64,000 nucleotides of DNA from Anaeromyxobacter sp. Lineage in GTDB: Bacteria > Myxococcota > Myxococcia > Myxococcales > Anaeromyxobacteraceae. This document shows, piece by piece, positions 1-9,018 of the stretch (position 1 is the first letter of the stretch; each line of letters starts with the position of its first letter). The translations under genes were made by a program, and so were the position numbers. The notes beneath the pieces are model-generated. The model had not been told where the DNA came from. It saw only the letters and a program-made list of their open reading frames with translations, and searched no databases. The DNA lies in NCBI GenBank assembly GCA_049840735.1, contig JASGJN010000014.1, positions 128,001-192,000 on the forward strand, read 5' to 3'.

Positions 1-100
1 GACATGAACCGTGAGGCGCCGAAGGACGAGAGGCGCGCGGCCCTTGAGGCTGCCGCGCAGTCCGTCGGCGGCAACCCGACCAGCTCTGGAGACACCGACC

Positions 101-793
101 ATGCCGAAGGCTGAAGCACCCGTGACACTGCTCGACTTCGTCCAGGACGAGCTCGCTGAACTCCCGAAGCTCAAGGCCCAGCGCGACGCAGCGGATGCCG
201 AGGCCCGGAAGATCGCCTCCGCCGCTGCAACCATCCAGGACAAGATCGACCTCCGGCGCCACAATGAGGGGCCGGTGCATCGCCAGGCGATCCTCGTTCA
301 GGCCGCACTCGACGGCAAGCCGCTACCGCCTGAGCCCCCGCCCCCGCCCGGCGCCTCGCTCTCCGACCTCGAACTCGCGCTGATGGGCCTGGAGGAGAAG
401 CAGAAGCAGGCCGAAGAGCGGGTGGCGGAGCTGCACGGCAAGCTGCGGACGAAGGTCTTCGACCTCTTCCCCCTGGCCGCTGAGCGTGCGGCCGCCGCGT
501 ACCTCGAGGCGGCCCAGCGGTTGGGCGAGCTGCACGCGGCCATCGGGGCCTGCAACCACCTCCGCACGTCCTTCGAGCCGCTCAAGCCTCTCGTCGGGCA
601 GGAGTGGATGAAGGTCCTCGTTCCGTCCTCCGGCCTGCTTCGGACGCTCGAGGGCCGGGGGCTCACCCTGAACTTCCAGACGGTCCTCTACGGCGGCAGC
701 GAAGAGGGCACGACCAGGGGCGCGGTGCAGGCGTACCAGGCTGCCAAGGCGAGCATCACGGCCCTGCTCGGCGAGTGGCCGCTCGGGAGGTGA
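101..793 (+). CDS. Hypothetical coiled-coil phage-element protein
   Basis: GGAG RBS before ATG 101; helical protein with a Pro-rich linker; 4 nt from the next gene. Confidence 0.7.
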   Translation: MPKAEAPVTLLDFVQDELAELPKLKAQRDAADAEARKIASAAATIQDKIDLRRHNEGPVHRQAILVQAALDGKPLPPEPPPPPGASLSDLELALMGLEEKQKQAEERVAELHGKLRTKVFDLFPLAAERAAAAYLEAAQRLGELHAAIGACNHLRTSFEPLKPLVGQEWMKVLVPSSGLLRTLEGRGLTLNFQTVLYGGSEEGTTRGAVQAYQAAKASITALLGEWPLGR

Positions 794-797
794 GGAC

Positions 798-2192
798 ATG
801 GTGGCTCGATACCCACTGGAAGATTCGCGCTACGCGGGACGTAGCGCCCCGGAAGCAAGCCAGGACACGGGCCTGGTGAGGCTGCAGCAGCCCGACACCG
901 GGCTTCCGCCGGACGCCCTCGCGCGGCTCATGGAACTCGGGACCCTGGATGAGCGCGGGCAGCAACTCCAGGATCAGTTGGCCATGGCCCAGTCGCTCCG
1001 GATGGGCTCCGGCAAGCGGTACGGCACCGGCATCGGCGCCGCGCTCGGCGGCCTCGGTGACATGGTCAACGCATACAACTCCCGCCAGCAGACGGCCGCC
1101 ATCCGGAAGGAGCAGGCCGACCTTCTGCAGAAGAAGGACGCTGGACGCGCTGAGCTGACGAAGCTCATGGGCGACGGTACTCCGACCGATCCGTTCGCGC
1201 TGCTCACGGCCAACGACGCCGAGGCGCAGCGGCTCTCGACCCAGTACGCGCAGGCGATCGCCCGGCAGCGCCAAATCGGCCTCCTCGGGATGCTCTCTGG
1301 CGACAAGGTGCTGGCTGGCCTTGGCCAAATGACCTACGGCGATGCTGGTCGCCAGCAGGCGGCCTTGGGCGAAGCTGCCTCCACGCGCCTACAGCGCGCC
1401 CTCGAGGCCCAGCGCATGGCACAGGGACAGTCTCGCTGGCAGGCGGAGCAGGACCAGCGGGCGCAGGAGCAGGCCGCAACCCAGGCCTACCGGACCACCC
1501 AGCTCGGCCTGGACCGCGAACGGCTGTCCCAGGACGGGTGGAGCGCGCAGGCCGATCCCGTCACCGGCGGGATCGTCATGTTCAACCGCAAGACCGGAGA
1601 GGTTCGTCCGCTCGGTCCTGGCGGCGGGGCTCCGAGCCCCGGGTCCGTTGTGCCCAAGCCCAAGGACCTCGAGAACGATGCACAGGCACTCGGCAAGGAC
1701 CTGGAGCCCCTCGCGGCGATGTTCAACGATTTGCGCACGCTCAACGCCGCTGCGGCAGGCCCAGACCAGTCGGGCTTCGGTCCCGTCGCCGGTCACCTTC
1801 CCGACTTCCTGACCAGCAACGAGGGCGTGGCCACCCGGCAGGCGGCCCGACGCATCATGGCTGGGATCATCAAGATGCAGTCAGGTACGGCGGCCTCGGA
1901 AAAGGAAGTCGACCGGCTTCTGGCCTCCCGAGGCCTCGGCGAGACGGCGACCCCAGCGCAGTTCAGCCAGGGCGTGGCGTCCCTTGTTCGCGACGCGGAG
2001 GCAGCAGCCCGGCGAAGTGAGGCCAAGTACCACCCCGACGTGGTGAAGGCCTACCGGGCGCGCGGCGGGTTCTCGTCCGATGCACTGAGCCTCGGCGGAC
2101 CCAAGCGCATCAGCAATGACGCTGAGTACGAGGCGCTCCCGTCCGGTGCTGAGTTCGTTGATCCAGAGGGAAACGTGCGGCGCAAGCCGTAG
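798..2192 (+). CDS. Putative internal virion / DNA ejection protein
   Basis: Ala/Gln/Gly-rich, GIGAALGGLG segment, C-terminal EYEALPSGAEFVDPEGNVRRKP motif of the kind seen in podoviral ejection proteins. Confidence 0.55.
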   Translation: MVARYPLEDSRYAGRSAPEASQDTGLVRLQQPDTGLPPDALARLMELGTLDERGQQLQDQLAMAQSLRMGSGKRYGTGIGAALGGLGDMVNAYNSRQQTAAIRKEQADLLQKKDAGRAELTKLMGDGTPTDPFALLTANDAEAQRLSTQYAQAIARQRQIGLLGMLSGDKVLAGLGQMTYGDAGRQQAALGEAASTRLQRALEAQRMAQGQSRWQAEQDQRAQEQAATQAYRTTQLGLDRERLSQDGWSAQADPVTGGIVMFNRKTGEVRPLGPGGGAPSPGSVVPKPKDLENDAQALGKDLEPLAAMFNDLRTLNAAAAGPDQSGFGPVAGHLPDFLTSNEGVATRQAARRIMAGIIKMQSGTAASEKEVDRLLASRGLGETATPAQFSQGVASLVRDAEAAARRSEAKYHPDVVKAYRARGGFSSDALSLGGPKRISNDAEYEALPSGAEFVDPEGNVRRKP

Positions 2193-2201
2193 GAGGCAGT
2201 C

Positions 2202-3789
2202 ATGGGCTGGCGAGACGCTCCCGTTGTTCAGCAGAAGCCAGCGGCGGCCCAGGAGCCGGGATGGAAGGGCGCGCCGGTGCTGTCGCCTGAGGCCCTCGCT
2301 GCCGCCATGCCCACCTCCGCCTCCCAGGCGTTCGGCCTCGGCGCTGCCCAGGGCCTGACGTTCAACCAGTTCGACGAGCTGTCCGGCAAGAACGCAGAGG
2401 TGGGTTCTCGCCTGGATGCTCAGCGCCAGTTCTCTGAGCCTGCCGGCCTTGTTCCGAGGGCGCTCAACGACATCCCCAAGGACGCGACCCAGGAACAGCG
2501 AGACGCGGCGATCAAGGCCGCGTATAGCGCTGAGCCTCGCATCGGCGACGGCATGGCGCCGACCCCTGGGCGACTCCGGAAACTGTACCCGGGCGTTCCG
2601 TACCTGCAGGCGCTGACCAAGTTCAAGGCGGACACCCTGGCTGCGCAGGGGTTCAAGTCCGAGCAGGAACGGTCGGACGCCGGCGTGAAGGCGTACCTGG
2701 ATCCCAAGAGCGCCGAGGCCGGCAAGGCCCTACGGGACAACATCCGCGCGTCCAGCGACAAGGCGATGGCGGACCGCCCCGGCGCGTTCATCGCCGGGAA
2801 CGTGGTCGGAAGCCTTCCCTTCGCGGCCCTCGGTGGCGGGGCTGCTGGCGGGAAGGGAGTCCCGCTTCTGACGCGCGCTCTGCAGGCCGCGAAGGCAGGC
2901 GTCGCTCCGGGGGCAGCCTACGGCTATGGCGCCTCGGAGTCCGACTCGGCAGGCGGACAGATTCGCGACACGCTGATGGGCGGTGCGCTGGGGGCAGGGT
3001 TCGGCTTTGCTGCTCCGTACCTCACGGCCGCGGCCGCTGCGCCGGTCAAGGCCGTGGGCAAGTTCGCTGCCGGCCGCGTTGCTGCGGCCGAGGCGAAGGC
3101 GCTCGAGGCGGCCCTGGCGAAGCAGACCGAGGAGCACGCCTCGCTGGTCGGCAAGTACGGCGGCCTCCGGCAGACCGAGAACAAGGCGATCCAGGCCCTC
3201 CTCAGCCTGGAGGAGTCCGGGATGCTGAATCCGGAGAACGCTGCAAAGCTGGCTGAGCTCAGGGCCTCCGGCCGTGTGGCCGAGGCGCTCAACGAGGCCG
3301 CCGCCAACAACCTTGAGTTCATGGGGCAGCGGACCCCGGCCGTCCAGGCTGCGAAGTCGGCCATGCAGCAGAGCGCCCAGAACGCCGAGCAGAACGTCGC
3401 CAAGGAGACGGCCCGTCAGCTCTCCGGGCAGATGCTAAAGCAGCAGATTGGCGACCGCGTGAAGCGCTACGGCATGCCGGTCGCTGGATCCATCATCGGC
3501 ACGGCCATGGGCGGCCCGGTGGGCGCGGCGGTCGGAGCCTTGGCCGGCGCCGGATTCGAGGCCCACGGTCCGCGCCCTGTTCCGGATGGCGCAGCACCCC
3601 TCGGTGCAGAAGGCGGTGTTCGGGACGCTCGCCCGCACTGAGGAGCAGGCGCGGATGCAGGCCCTCCTCATTGATGCGCTCCGCAGGTCGGGGCAGTTGC
3701 CGCTCACCGACGAGGCTGTTTCGAGGCTCGACGCACTCCGCCGGGCTGGGCAGCTCCCGATCACCGACGAGGCCGTCTCATCCGAGTAG
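2202..3789 (+). CDS. Putative internal virion / DNA transfer protein; apparent +1 frameshift at 3553-3557
   Basis: AGGAGG RBS; N-terminal WxxAPV repeats; glycine-zipper segments; GATTC to GATC joins the 2202 ORF to the 3586-3789 frame (GAGSRPTVRALFRMAQHP). Confidence 0.55.
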
Positions 3790-3792
3790 CGC

Positions 3793-5214
3793 GTGATGAT
3801 TGACCTTCGTGACCTCGGTCGTCAGCTTTCGGCTCTTGAGGCTCAACTCGAGGCTGCGCCTCTCGAAACCTGCCCGGTCTTCGTGGCCCGCCCCTATCAG
3901 CGGGAGCTCCTCGCATACCTGCGGAGCGGCGGAAAGCGCGCCGTCTGCGTCTGGCACCGCCGCGCGGGCAAGGACCTAACACTGCTGCACTGGATGAGCG
4001 AGGCAGCAGAGGACCGGGTCGGCCTTTACTGGCACCTTCTGCCCTCCTCTCGGCAGGCACGCAAGGCCATCTGGAACGGATTCCTGCGCGATGGTCGTCG
4101 CATCATCGACGCCGTCTTTCCGCCGTCAATTGTGAAGCGGAAGAACGAGACGGAGATGGTGCTCGAGCTCGAGAACGGTTCCATCGTCCAACTCGTGGGC
4201 TCTGATGGCTATGACCGTCTCGTTGGCTCGAACCCGATTGGCGTCACCTTCTCCGAGTTCGCGCTCTCCAAGCCCCAGGCCTGGGAGTACATCCGCCCGA
4301 TTCTCGCTGAGAACGGAGGATGGGCCTGCTTCATCTCGACCCCCCGAGGCCGTAACGCTCTCTGGAAGCTTTGGGAGGTCGCCGGGAACGCTCCTGGCTG
4401 GTTCCGCCAACAGCTCTCCATCTTCGATACGGGCGCCCTCCCCCCGTCTACGCTCGAGGAGGAACGAGCGGCCGGCATGCCGGACGCGCTGATCAAGTCC
4501 GAGTATCTCGTGAGTTTCGACGCCGCGCAGGTTGGCGCGGTGTACGGCGATCTGCTGGAGGCACTCGGGAAGAAAGGCGGCCTGGACAAGTTCCCCGTGT
4601 CCATCGAAGCGCCCGTGTACACGGTCTGGGATCTCGGGATGTCGGACTCTACCGCCATCTGGGCCTTCCAGGTGGTGGATGGCCGCCTCGAGGTCGTCAA
4701 CTACTACGAGGCCAACGGGAAGCCGCTCTCCCATTACTTCGAGCACGTGGAGCGGTGGCCGTACAAGTACGAGCGCCACTTCTTTCCGCACGACGCTCGC
4801 GCCCGGAACTTCCAGACGAACGTCACCACGATTCAGCTCGCCCAGGAGCGCCTGAAGGCTGTTGCGGTCGTTCCGCTGATGCCCGTTGAACAGGGGATTG
4901 AGGCGGCGCGATGGCTTCTCCAGACGGCCATTCGCATCCACCCGGATCAGTGCGCCGAGGGGCTAGAGGCGCTCCGGGCGTACTCGTACGAGTTCGATGA
5001 GGACCGGCGCATTTTCTCCCTGCGCCCCCGGCATGACTGGGCGTCGCACGGCGCCGACGCATTCCGCTACCTCGCTACGGTGGCCCGGCAGATGATCGAT
5101 CGGCAGCGAGCGCCGGAGAGGCGCCCACCGACTATCGCCGTTCCCAATGAGACGCTGGACGAGCTCTTCGAGCAGAGCGAGGACGGCGAGCGGCACTTAC
5201 GCGAACGCGTATAG
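3793..5214 (+). CDS. Phage terminase large subunit
   Basis: RPYQ motif, Walker A WHRRAGKD, Walker B-like GVTFSEFA, FISTPRG motif III, nuclease motifs WDLGMSDSTAIW, PHDA, HDWASHGADAFRYL. Confidence 0.93.
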   Translation: MMIDLRDLGRQLSALEAQLEAAPLETCPVFVARPYQRELLAYLRSGGKRAVCVWHRRAGKDLTLLHWMSEAAEDRVGLYWHLLPSSRQARKAIWNGFLRDGRRIIDAVFPPSIVKRKNETEMVLELENGSIVQLVGSDGYDRLVGSNPIGVTFSEFALSKPQAWEYIRPILAENGGWACFISTPRGRNALWKLWEVAGNAPGWFRQQLSIFDTGALPPSTLEEERAAGMPDALIKSEYLVSFDAAQVGAVYGDLLEALGKKGGLDKFPVSIEAPVYTVWDLGMSDSTAIWAFQVVDGRLEVVNYYEANGKPLSHYFEHVERWPYKYERHFFPHDARARNFQTNVTTIQLAQERLKAVAVVPLMPVEQGIEAARWLLQTAIRIHPDQCAEGLEALRAYSYEFDEDRRIFSLRPRHDWASHGADAFRYLATVARQMIDRQRAPERRPPTIAVPNETLDELFEQSEDGERHLRERV

Positions 5215-5290
5215 GCAAGTCCAAGCGCCGCTCGAACGTGGGGATTCAGTAGCCACTTCGCGAACCTAGCGATACAGGGCCTTCCTCCTG

Positions 5291-5322
5291 GTTGACACAC
5301 TAGAGATGGTCAACTAGTTGAC
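5291..5322 (+). promoter_or_regulatory. Putative promoter/operator upstream of the small-gene operon
   Basis: TTGACA at 5292-5297; perfect palindrome GTCAACTAGTTGAC at 5309-5322; extra GTTGAC half-site at 5291. Confidence 0.55.
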
Positions 5323-5356
5323 TAGATAGCTGAACCCAACCAAGGGAGACGCCTGA

Positions 5357-5731
5357 ATGACCAGGACGAAGAGGTCAGGGACCAACGCGAGCGCGCTGTT
5401 GGCGCGCACGGAGCGGCTGTTGAATCTCAAGGACGGACCGGGCCTCGAGCGGGCGCGGAGCGCCATCCGCGCGGCTCTCATGACGCAGGGGCCGGCCGCC
5501 GGCGGAACGCTGATCGGCGGCCTGCTCCACTGCGCCAGCCTGGTGGGCATCGGCGCGAAGGCGGAGAGGGGCGTTCCCGCGCTCCAGGGCCATGTGGAGC
5601 CTGAGTTCCCGGCCGTCTACTTCGCCCAGGTGGCGGTCTACGCGGAGCACCTGGTCGAGGCGCTCACGGCCGAGCTCGACCTGGCCGAGAAGGACATCGC
5701 CGCACGCAGGTCCGCCCGGAGGGCCGCATGA
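5357..5731 (+). CDS. Hypothetical protein
   Basis: GGGAG RBS; ATGA overlap with the next ORF. Confidence 0.6.
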   Translation: MTRTKRSGTNASALLARTERLLNLKDGPGLERARSAIRAALMTQGPAAGGTLIGGLLHCASLVGIGAKAERGVPALQGHVEPEFPAVYFAQVAVYAEHLVEALTAELDLAEKDIAARRSARRAA

Positions 5732-5913
5732 GCCGCCAGAACAAGCGTTCCCGTGAGCAGCAGCTGAAGCAACTGTTCCCGGCCAGCTGGTCCGCCATGC
5801 TCGCTGCCAGCGAGGCGCTCAGGACCAACCGGGACCCCGAGGCGGCCGTCCCCAAGCTCCGGGAGTTGGCCCGAGAGATCCTCGCCTTCACCGACCCGCT
5901 CAAGCGGGCGTGA
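5728..5913 (+). CDS. Small hypothetical protein
   Basis: Translationally coupled (ATGA) to the upstream ORF. Confidence 0.55.
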   Translation: MSRQNKRSREQQLKQLFPASWSAMLAASEALRTNRDPEAAVPKLRELAREILAFTDPLKRA

Positions 5914-6012
5914 TCCGGCTGGGGCTCGTCAAAACGCCCGCCCCTTGGCGCTGCAGGTCGCGTTAGGCCGGATCCGGTACACTGGTCATCCAGTTCACCA
6001 AGGGGCGGGCGC

Positions 6013-6240
6013 ATGGCAAGGAAGAGGGTGGGGGCGGACATGGCGAAGGCGATCAAGGCGAGCGGCAAGGTCGGCCCTCGATCGGGCTTCGTTAAGGCCA
6101 CCTTCTCGCTTCTCCCCGAGCAGCTTGCGGCCGTAGTAACCGAGGCCCAGGATCGAGCCCAGGAGCGCGGAGTCGTTCGGGCCGACGCTTCAGAGGTGGT
6201 CCGCGAGGCCCTGGAGGCGTGGAGTAAACAGAAGCGCTAG
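6013..6240 (+). CDS. Ribbon-helix-helix (CopG-like) DNA-binding protein
   Basis: Beta strand VKATFSL followed by helices ending ASEVVREALEAW. Confidence 0.6.
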   Translation: MARKRVGADMAKAIKASGKVGPRSGFVKATFSLLPEQLAAVVTEAQDRAQERGVVRADASEVVREALEAWSKQKR

Positions 6241-6290
6241 CGCAGCGCGACCAGGGATCCAGGCGGGCCGCTCAGCTGCGGCCCGTTTTC

Positions 6291-6515
6291 TTACGACTCC
6301 TCGACTTTGTGACCCCTGGCCTGAAGTCTCCCGCAGAGATTCGGCGAGAGCCCACCGATGAAGTTCGCTTCCCCTCCGCAGCCCTCGCACAGGAGGAACA
6401 CCCGGTCGCCGATTTTCCGCATACGCCAGCCCCGAGGCACGTGGCCTCGGGCCGCGTCGTGGGCCTGGGTAGCCCCGCACGCCGCGCACTCGAACGATGT
6501 GGCATTCGTGACCAT
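6291..6515 (-). CDS. Small CxxC...CxxC zinc-binding hypothetical protein (74 aa)
   Basis: MVTNATSFECAACG...LLCEGCG; ATG at 6515. Confidence 0.45.
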   Translation of the reverse strand: MVTNATSFECAACGATQAHDAARGHVPRGWRMRKIGDRVFLLCEGCGGEANFIGGLSPNLCGRLQARGHKVEES

Positions 6516-6569
6516 GGAGCCAGTGACATACCGCTCGGCTCCGTCATCGAAAACGCTGATCTCGGCGCA

Positions 6570-6620
6570 AGCGCACCGAAGAGCGCACCGAACCACAAAC
6601 CGCCAGGGGCGTGCACCGAG
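6570..6620. repeat. Direct repeats, candidate integrase arm-type sites
   Basis: AGCGCACCGAA at 6570-6580 and 6582-6592; GTGCACCGAG at 6611-6620; 75-125 bp from the tRNA 3' end. Confidence 0.5.
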
Positions 6621-6637
6621 CACTGTGCGCCGGCAGA

Positions 6638-6674
6638 CAAAGAAAAACCCCGCAAAACCAAGGGCTTTGCGGGG
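6638..6674 (-). terminator. Rho-independent terminator downstream of tRNA-Pro
   Basis: Minus strand CCCCGCAAA...TTTGCGGGG hairpin followed by TTTTTCTTT. Confidence 0.8.
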
Positions 6675-6694
6675 CAGAAATGACGGTGTCTGAG

Positions 6695-6768
6695 TCGGGG
6701 AGACAGGATTTGAACCTGCGACCCCTTGGTCCCGAACCAAGTGCTCTACCAGGCTGAGCCACTCCCCG
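6695..6768 (-). tRNA. tRNA-Pro(CGG), CCA not encoded
   Basis: CGGGGAG/CTCCCCG acceptor stem, anticodon arm CTTGG-TTCGGGA-CCAAG, T-loop GTTCAAATC. Confidence 0.97.
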
Positions 6769-6833
6769 GTGCTGCGTCGCGCTGGAGCATCACCACGGGC
6801 CCGGGAAGCGCCGCGGTCCAACGCAAGGCCGCG

Positions 6834-6862
6834 TTTCTACTCAAGGACCCCCGGGGTGTCAA
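6834..6862 (-). promoter_or_regulatory. Putative sigma70 promoter of tRNA-Pro
   Basis: TTGACA-N17-TAGAAA on the minus strand. Confidence 0.5.
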
Positions 6863-6948
6863 GCGCCGTCTCTCGCGAATCCGTCGCGGGGGTGGAAGGG
6901 CTGGAATGCGGGCAATTCCAGCGCGATCGGGGACGGCGGGGATCCCGG

Positions 6949-7570
6949 CCTTCGACTCCGCCGCCGCTCCGCGGCGGCTACGCTCAGGGCTGACCGGATC
7001 CGGTAGGAAGGGCTCGGCACGGGGGGCGCGGTGCAGCTGCGTGCCGGCGAAGCGGGGCCTGGCTTCGACTCCGCGGGCCCTGCGGGCCCGCTACGCTCAG
7101 CCTGACCGGATCATCCCGCATCAGGCTGACCGGATCGGGTAGGAAGGGGCTCGGCACGGGGGGCGCGGTGCAGCTGCGTGCCGGCGAAGCGGGGGCTGGC
7201 TTCGACTCCGCGGGCCCTGCGGGCCCGCTACGCTCAGCCTGACCGGATCCTCCCGCATCAGCCTGACCGGATCCTCCCGCATCAGGCTGACCGGATTGGG
7301 TAGGAAGGGCTCGGCACGGGGGGCGCGGGCAGCTGCGTGCCGGCGAAGCGGGGCCTGGCTTCGACTCCGCGGGCCCTGCGGGCCCGCTACGCTCAGCCTG
7401 ACCGGATCCTCCCGCATCAGCCTGACCGGATCCTCCCGCATCAGCCTGACCGGATCCTCGCGGCTCAGGCTGTCCGGGTCCGATCGAGGGCTCGGGCAGG
7501 GGGCTCTTCCAGCGCAGCTGCGTGCCGCCCTCGCTCCCGTTCGCCCTTCGACAGGCTCAGGGCGAACGGA
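6949..7570. repeat. Compound tandem array of REP-like units with a nested 24-bp subrepeat
   Basis: Units start at 6989, 7125 and 7286, with a degenerate fourth near 7468; each full unit holds CTTCGACTCCGC-hairpin-GCTACGCTCAG; short REP at 7537-7570. Confidence 0.9.
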
Positions 7571-7616
7571 GTGGACCGGCTCAGGGAGGCAACCGCCCTC
7601 CCCGCCCTCCCCTCCC

Positions 7617-8936
7617 TCACCTCACGCAGACCGCCTCGAGCTCGCCGATCTCCTTCGGCACCGCCTCGGTCAGGTTCGCGAAGCCGCCCTCGGTCACCAG
7701 CACGTCGTCCTCGATCCGGATCCCGACGCCGCGCATCTCCGGCGGCGCGGCCTCGTCGTCGGCGGCGACGTAGATGCCGGGCTCGATGGTGAGCACCATC
7801 CCGGGCACGAGCGGGCGCGCGGCGCCGTCGATGGTGTAGTCGCCGACGTCATGCACGTCCATGCCGAGCCAGTGGCTGGTCCGGTGCATGTAGTACCTCC
7901 GGAAGGCCTTGTCGGCGATCCGCTCGTCCACGCTCCCCTTCAAGAGCCCGAGCCGGATGAGCCCCTCGGTCAGGCCGCGCACCACGCCGTCGTGGATGGC
8001 GTCGATGGTCGTCCCGGGGCGCACGGACTCGATGGCGGCCTTCTGCACCGACAGGCACAGCGTGTACAGGTCGCGCTGCGCGGGGGTGAACTCGCCGGAG
8101 GCGGGGAAGGTCCGCGTCACGTCGGCGGTGTACCAGCCGTACTCGCCGCCGGCGTCCACCAGGCACACGTCGCCGTCCTTCAGCACCTCGTCGCTGGCGC
8201 GGTAGTGCAGGATGGTCGAGTTGGCGCCGGCGGCCACGATGGTCCCGTAGCCGGGGCCGCTGCAGCCGCGCCGCCTGAAGGCGAACTCGATCTCGGCCTG
8301 CACCTGGTACTCGCGCCGGCCGGGGTAGCCCTCGCGCATGGCGGCCAGGTGGGCCTCGGCGGTGGCCTCGGCGGCCTTGCGCAGCCGCTCCAGCTCCTCG
8401 GGCCCCTTCACCAGCCGCAGCTCGTGCAGGATTCGCCCGTGGTCCACCACGGCCTCGGGCGGCTTCTTGCCCAGCCGCGCGCCGCCGCGGAGGGCGTTGA
8501 GGATCCGGGCCAGCCGCGCGTCCCAGCCGGCCTCGGCGCCGATGCGGAACCAGAGCGTCTTCGCCCCCTCCACCAGGTCGGGGAGCTTGTCCTCCAGCTC
8601 CGCCACGGTGAAGGCCTCGTCGGCGCCGTACTGCTCTCGCGCGCCCTCCACGCCGGCCCGCCGCCCGGTCCAGATCTCCTTCTCGCGATCCTTGGGCCGG
8701 ACGAAGAGCACCACCTTCCGCTCGCCGCCGCGCGAGGAGAGCACGGCGCAGCCCTGCGGCTCGTCCAGGCCGATGGCCCAGGCGTAGTCGGAGTCCTGCC
8801 GGAACAGGTACTCGGCGTCGGCGTTGCGGGCCTTCTCGTCGGCGGCGGGCAGGAGCAGCACCCCGCCGCCGCGCCGCTCCATCTCCTCGAAGATGCGGGC
8901 GCGGCGCGCGGCGTGGACGGTGGGTTCGAAGGTCAT
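7617..8936 (-). CDS. pepP: Xaa-Pro aminopeptidase (M24B)
   Basis: FRQDSDY, DAGGEY, ADVTRT, HWLGMDVHD, TIEPGIY, GIRIEDD motifs. Confidence 0.95.
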   Translation of the reverse strand: MTFEPTVHAARRARIFEEMERRGGGVLLLPAADEKARNADAEYLFRQDSDYAWAIGLDEPQGCAVLSSRGGERKVVLFVRPKDREKEIWTGRRAGVEGAREQYGADEAFTVAELEDKLPDLVEGAKTLWFRIGAEAGWDARLARILNALRGGARLGKKPPEAVVDHGRILHELRLVKGPEELERLRKAAEATAEAHLAAMREGYPGRREYQVQAEIEFAFRRRGCSGPGYGTIVAAGANSTILHYRASDEVLKDGDVCLVDAGGEYGWYTADVTRTFPASGEFTPAQRDLYTLCLSVQKAAIESVRPGTTIDAIHDGVVRGLTEGLIRLGLLKGSVDERIADKAFRRYYMHRTSHWLGMDVHDVGDYTIDGAARPLVPGMVLTIEPGIYVAADDEAAPPEMRGVGIRIEDDVLVTEGGFANLTEAVPKEIGELEAVCVR

Positions 8937-9018
8937 GGCCTGGCTATATAGCGCGCGCCCCGGCGGCGCGGGGGGCCGCGGTGAGGGGCCTTCTGCGCCG
9001 ACCCGGTGGGCGCCTGCC

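Larger units (their letters stand above)
1..6694. mobile_element. Right end of a prophage or phage-satellite-like element integrated at the 3' end of tRNA-Pro; left end outside the window
   Basis: Terminase and virion-like genes; visibly more A/T at third codon positions than host genes; abuts the tRNA 3' end; short direct repeats near the junction. Confidence 0.8.

Noticed and set aside
1..6694. Integrase, portal or capsid gene
   Set aside because: No ORF in the visible part has recognisable recombinase, portal or capsid motifs
6516..6821. N-terminal extension of the 6291-6821 ORF
   Set aside because: Overlaps the tRNA-Pro gene and its terminator; only 6291-6515 is plausible
7121..7441. 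Repeat-protein ORF (MREDPVRL...)
   Set aside because: Translation product of the non-coding tandem array; no RBS or coding-like composition
6949..7570. CRISPR array
   Set aside because: Sequences between the repeats are themselves repeated, not unique spacers; no cas genes in the window
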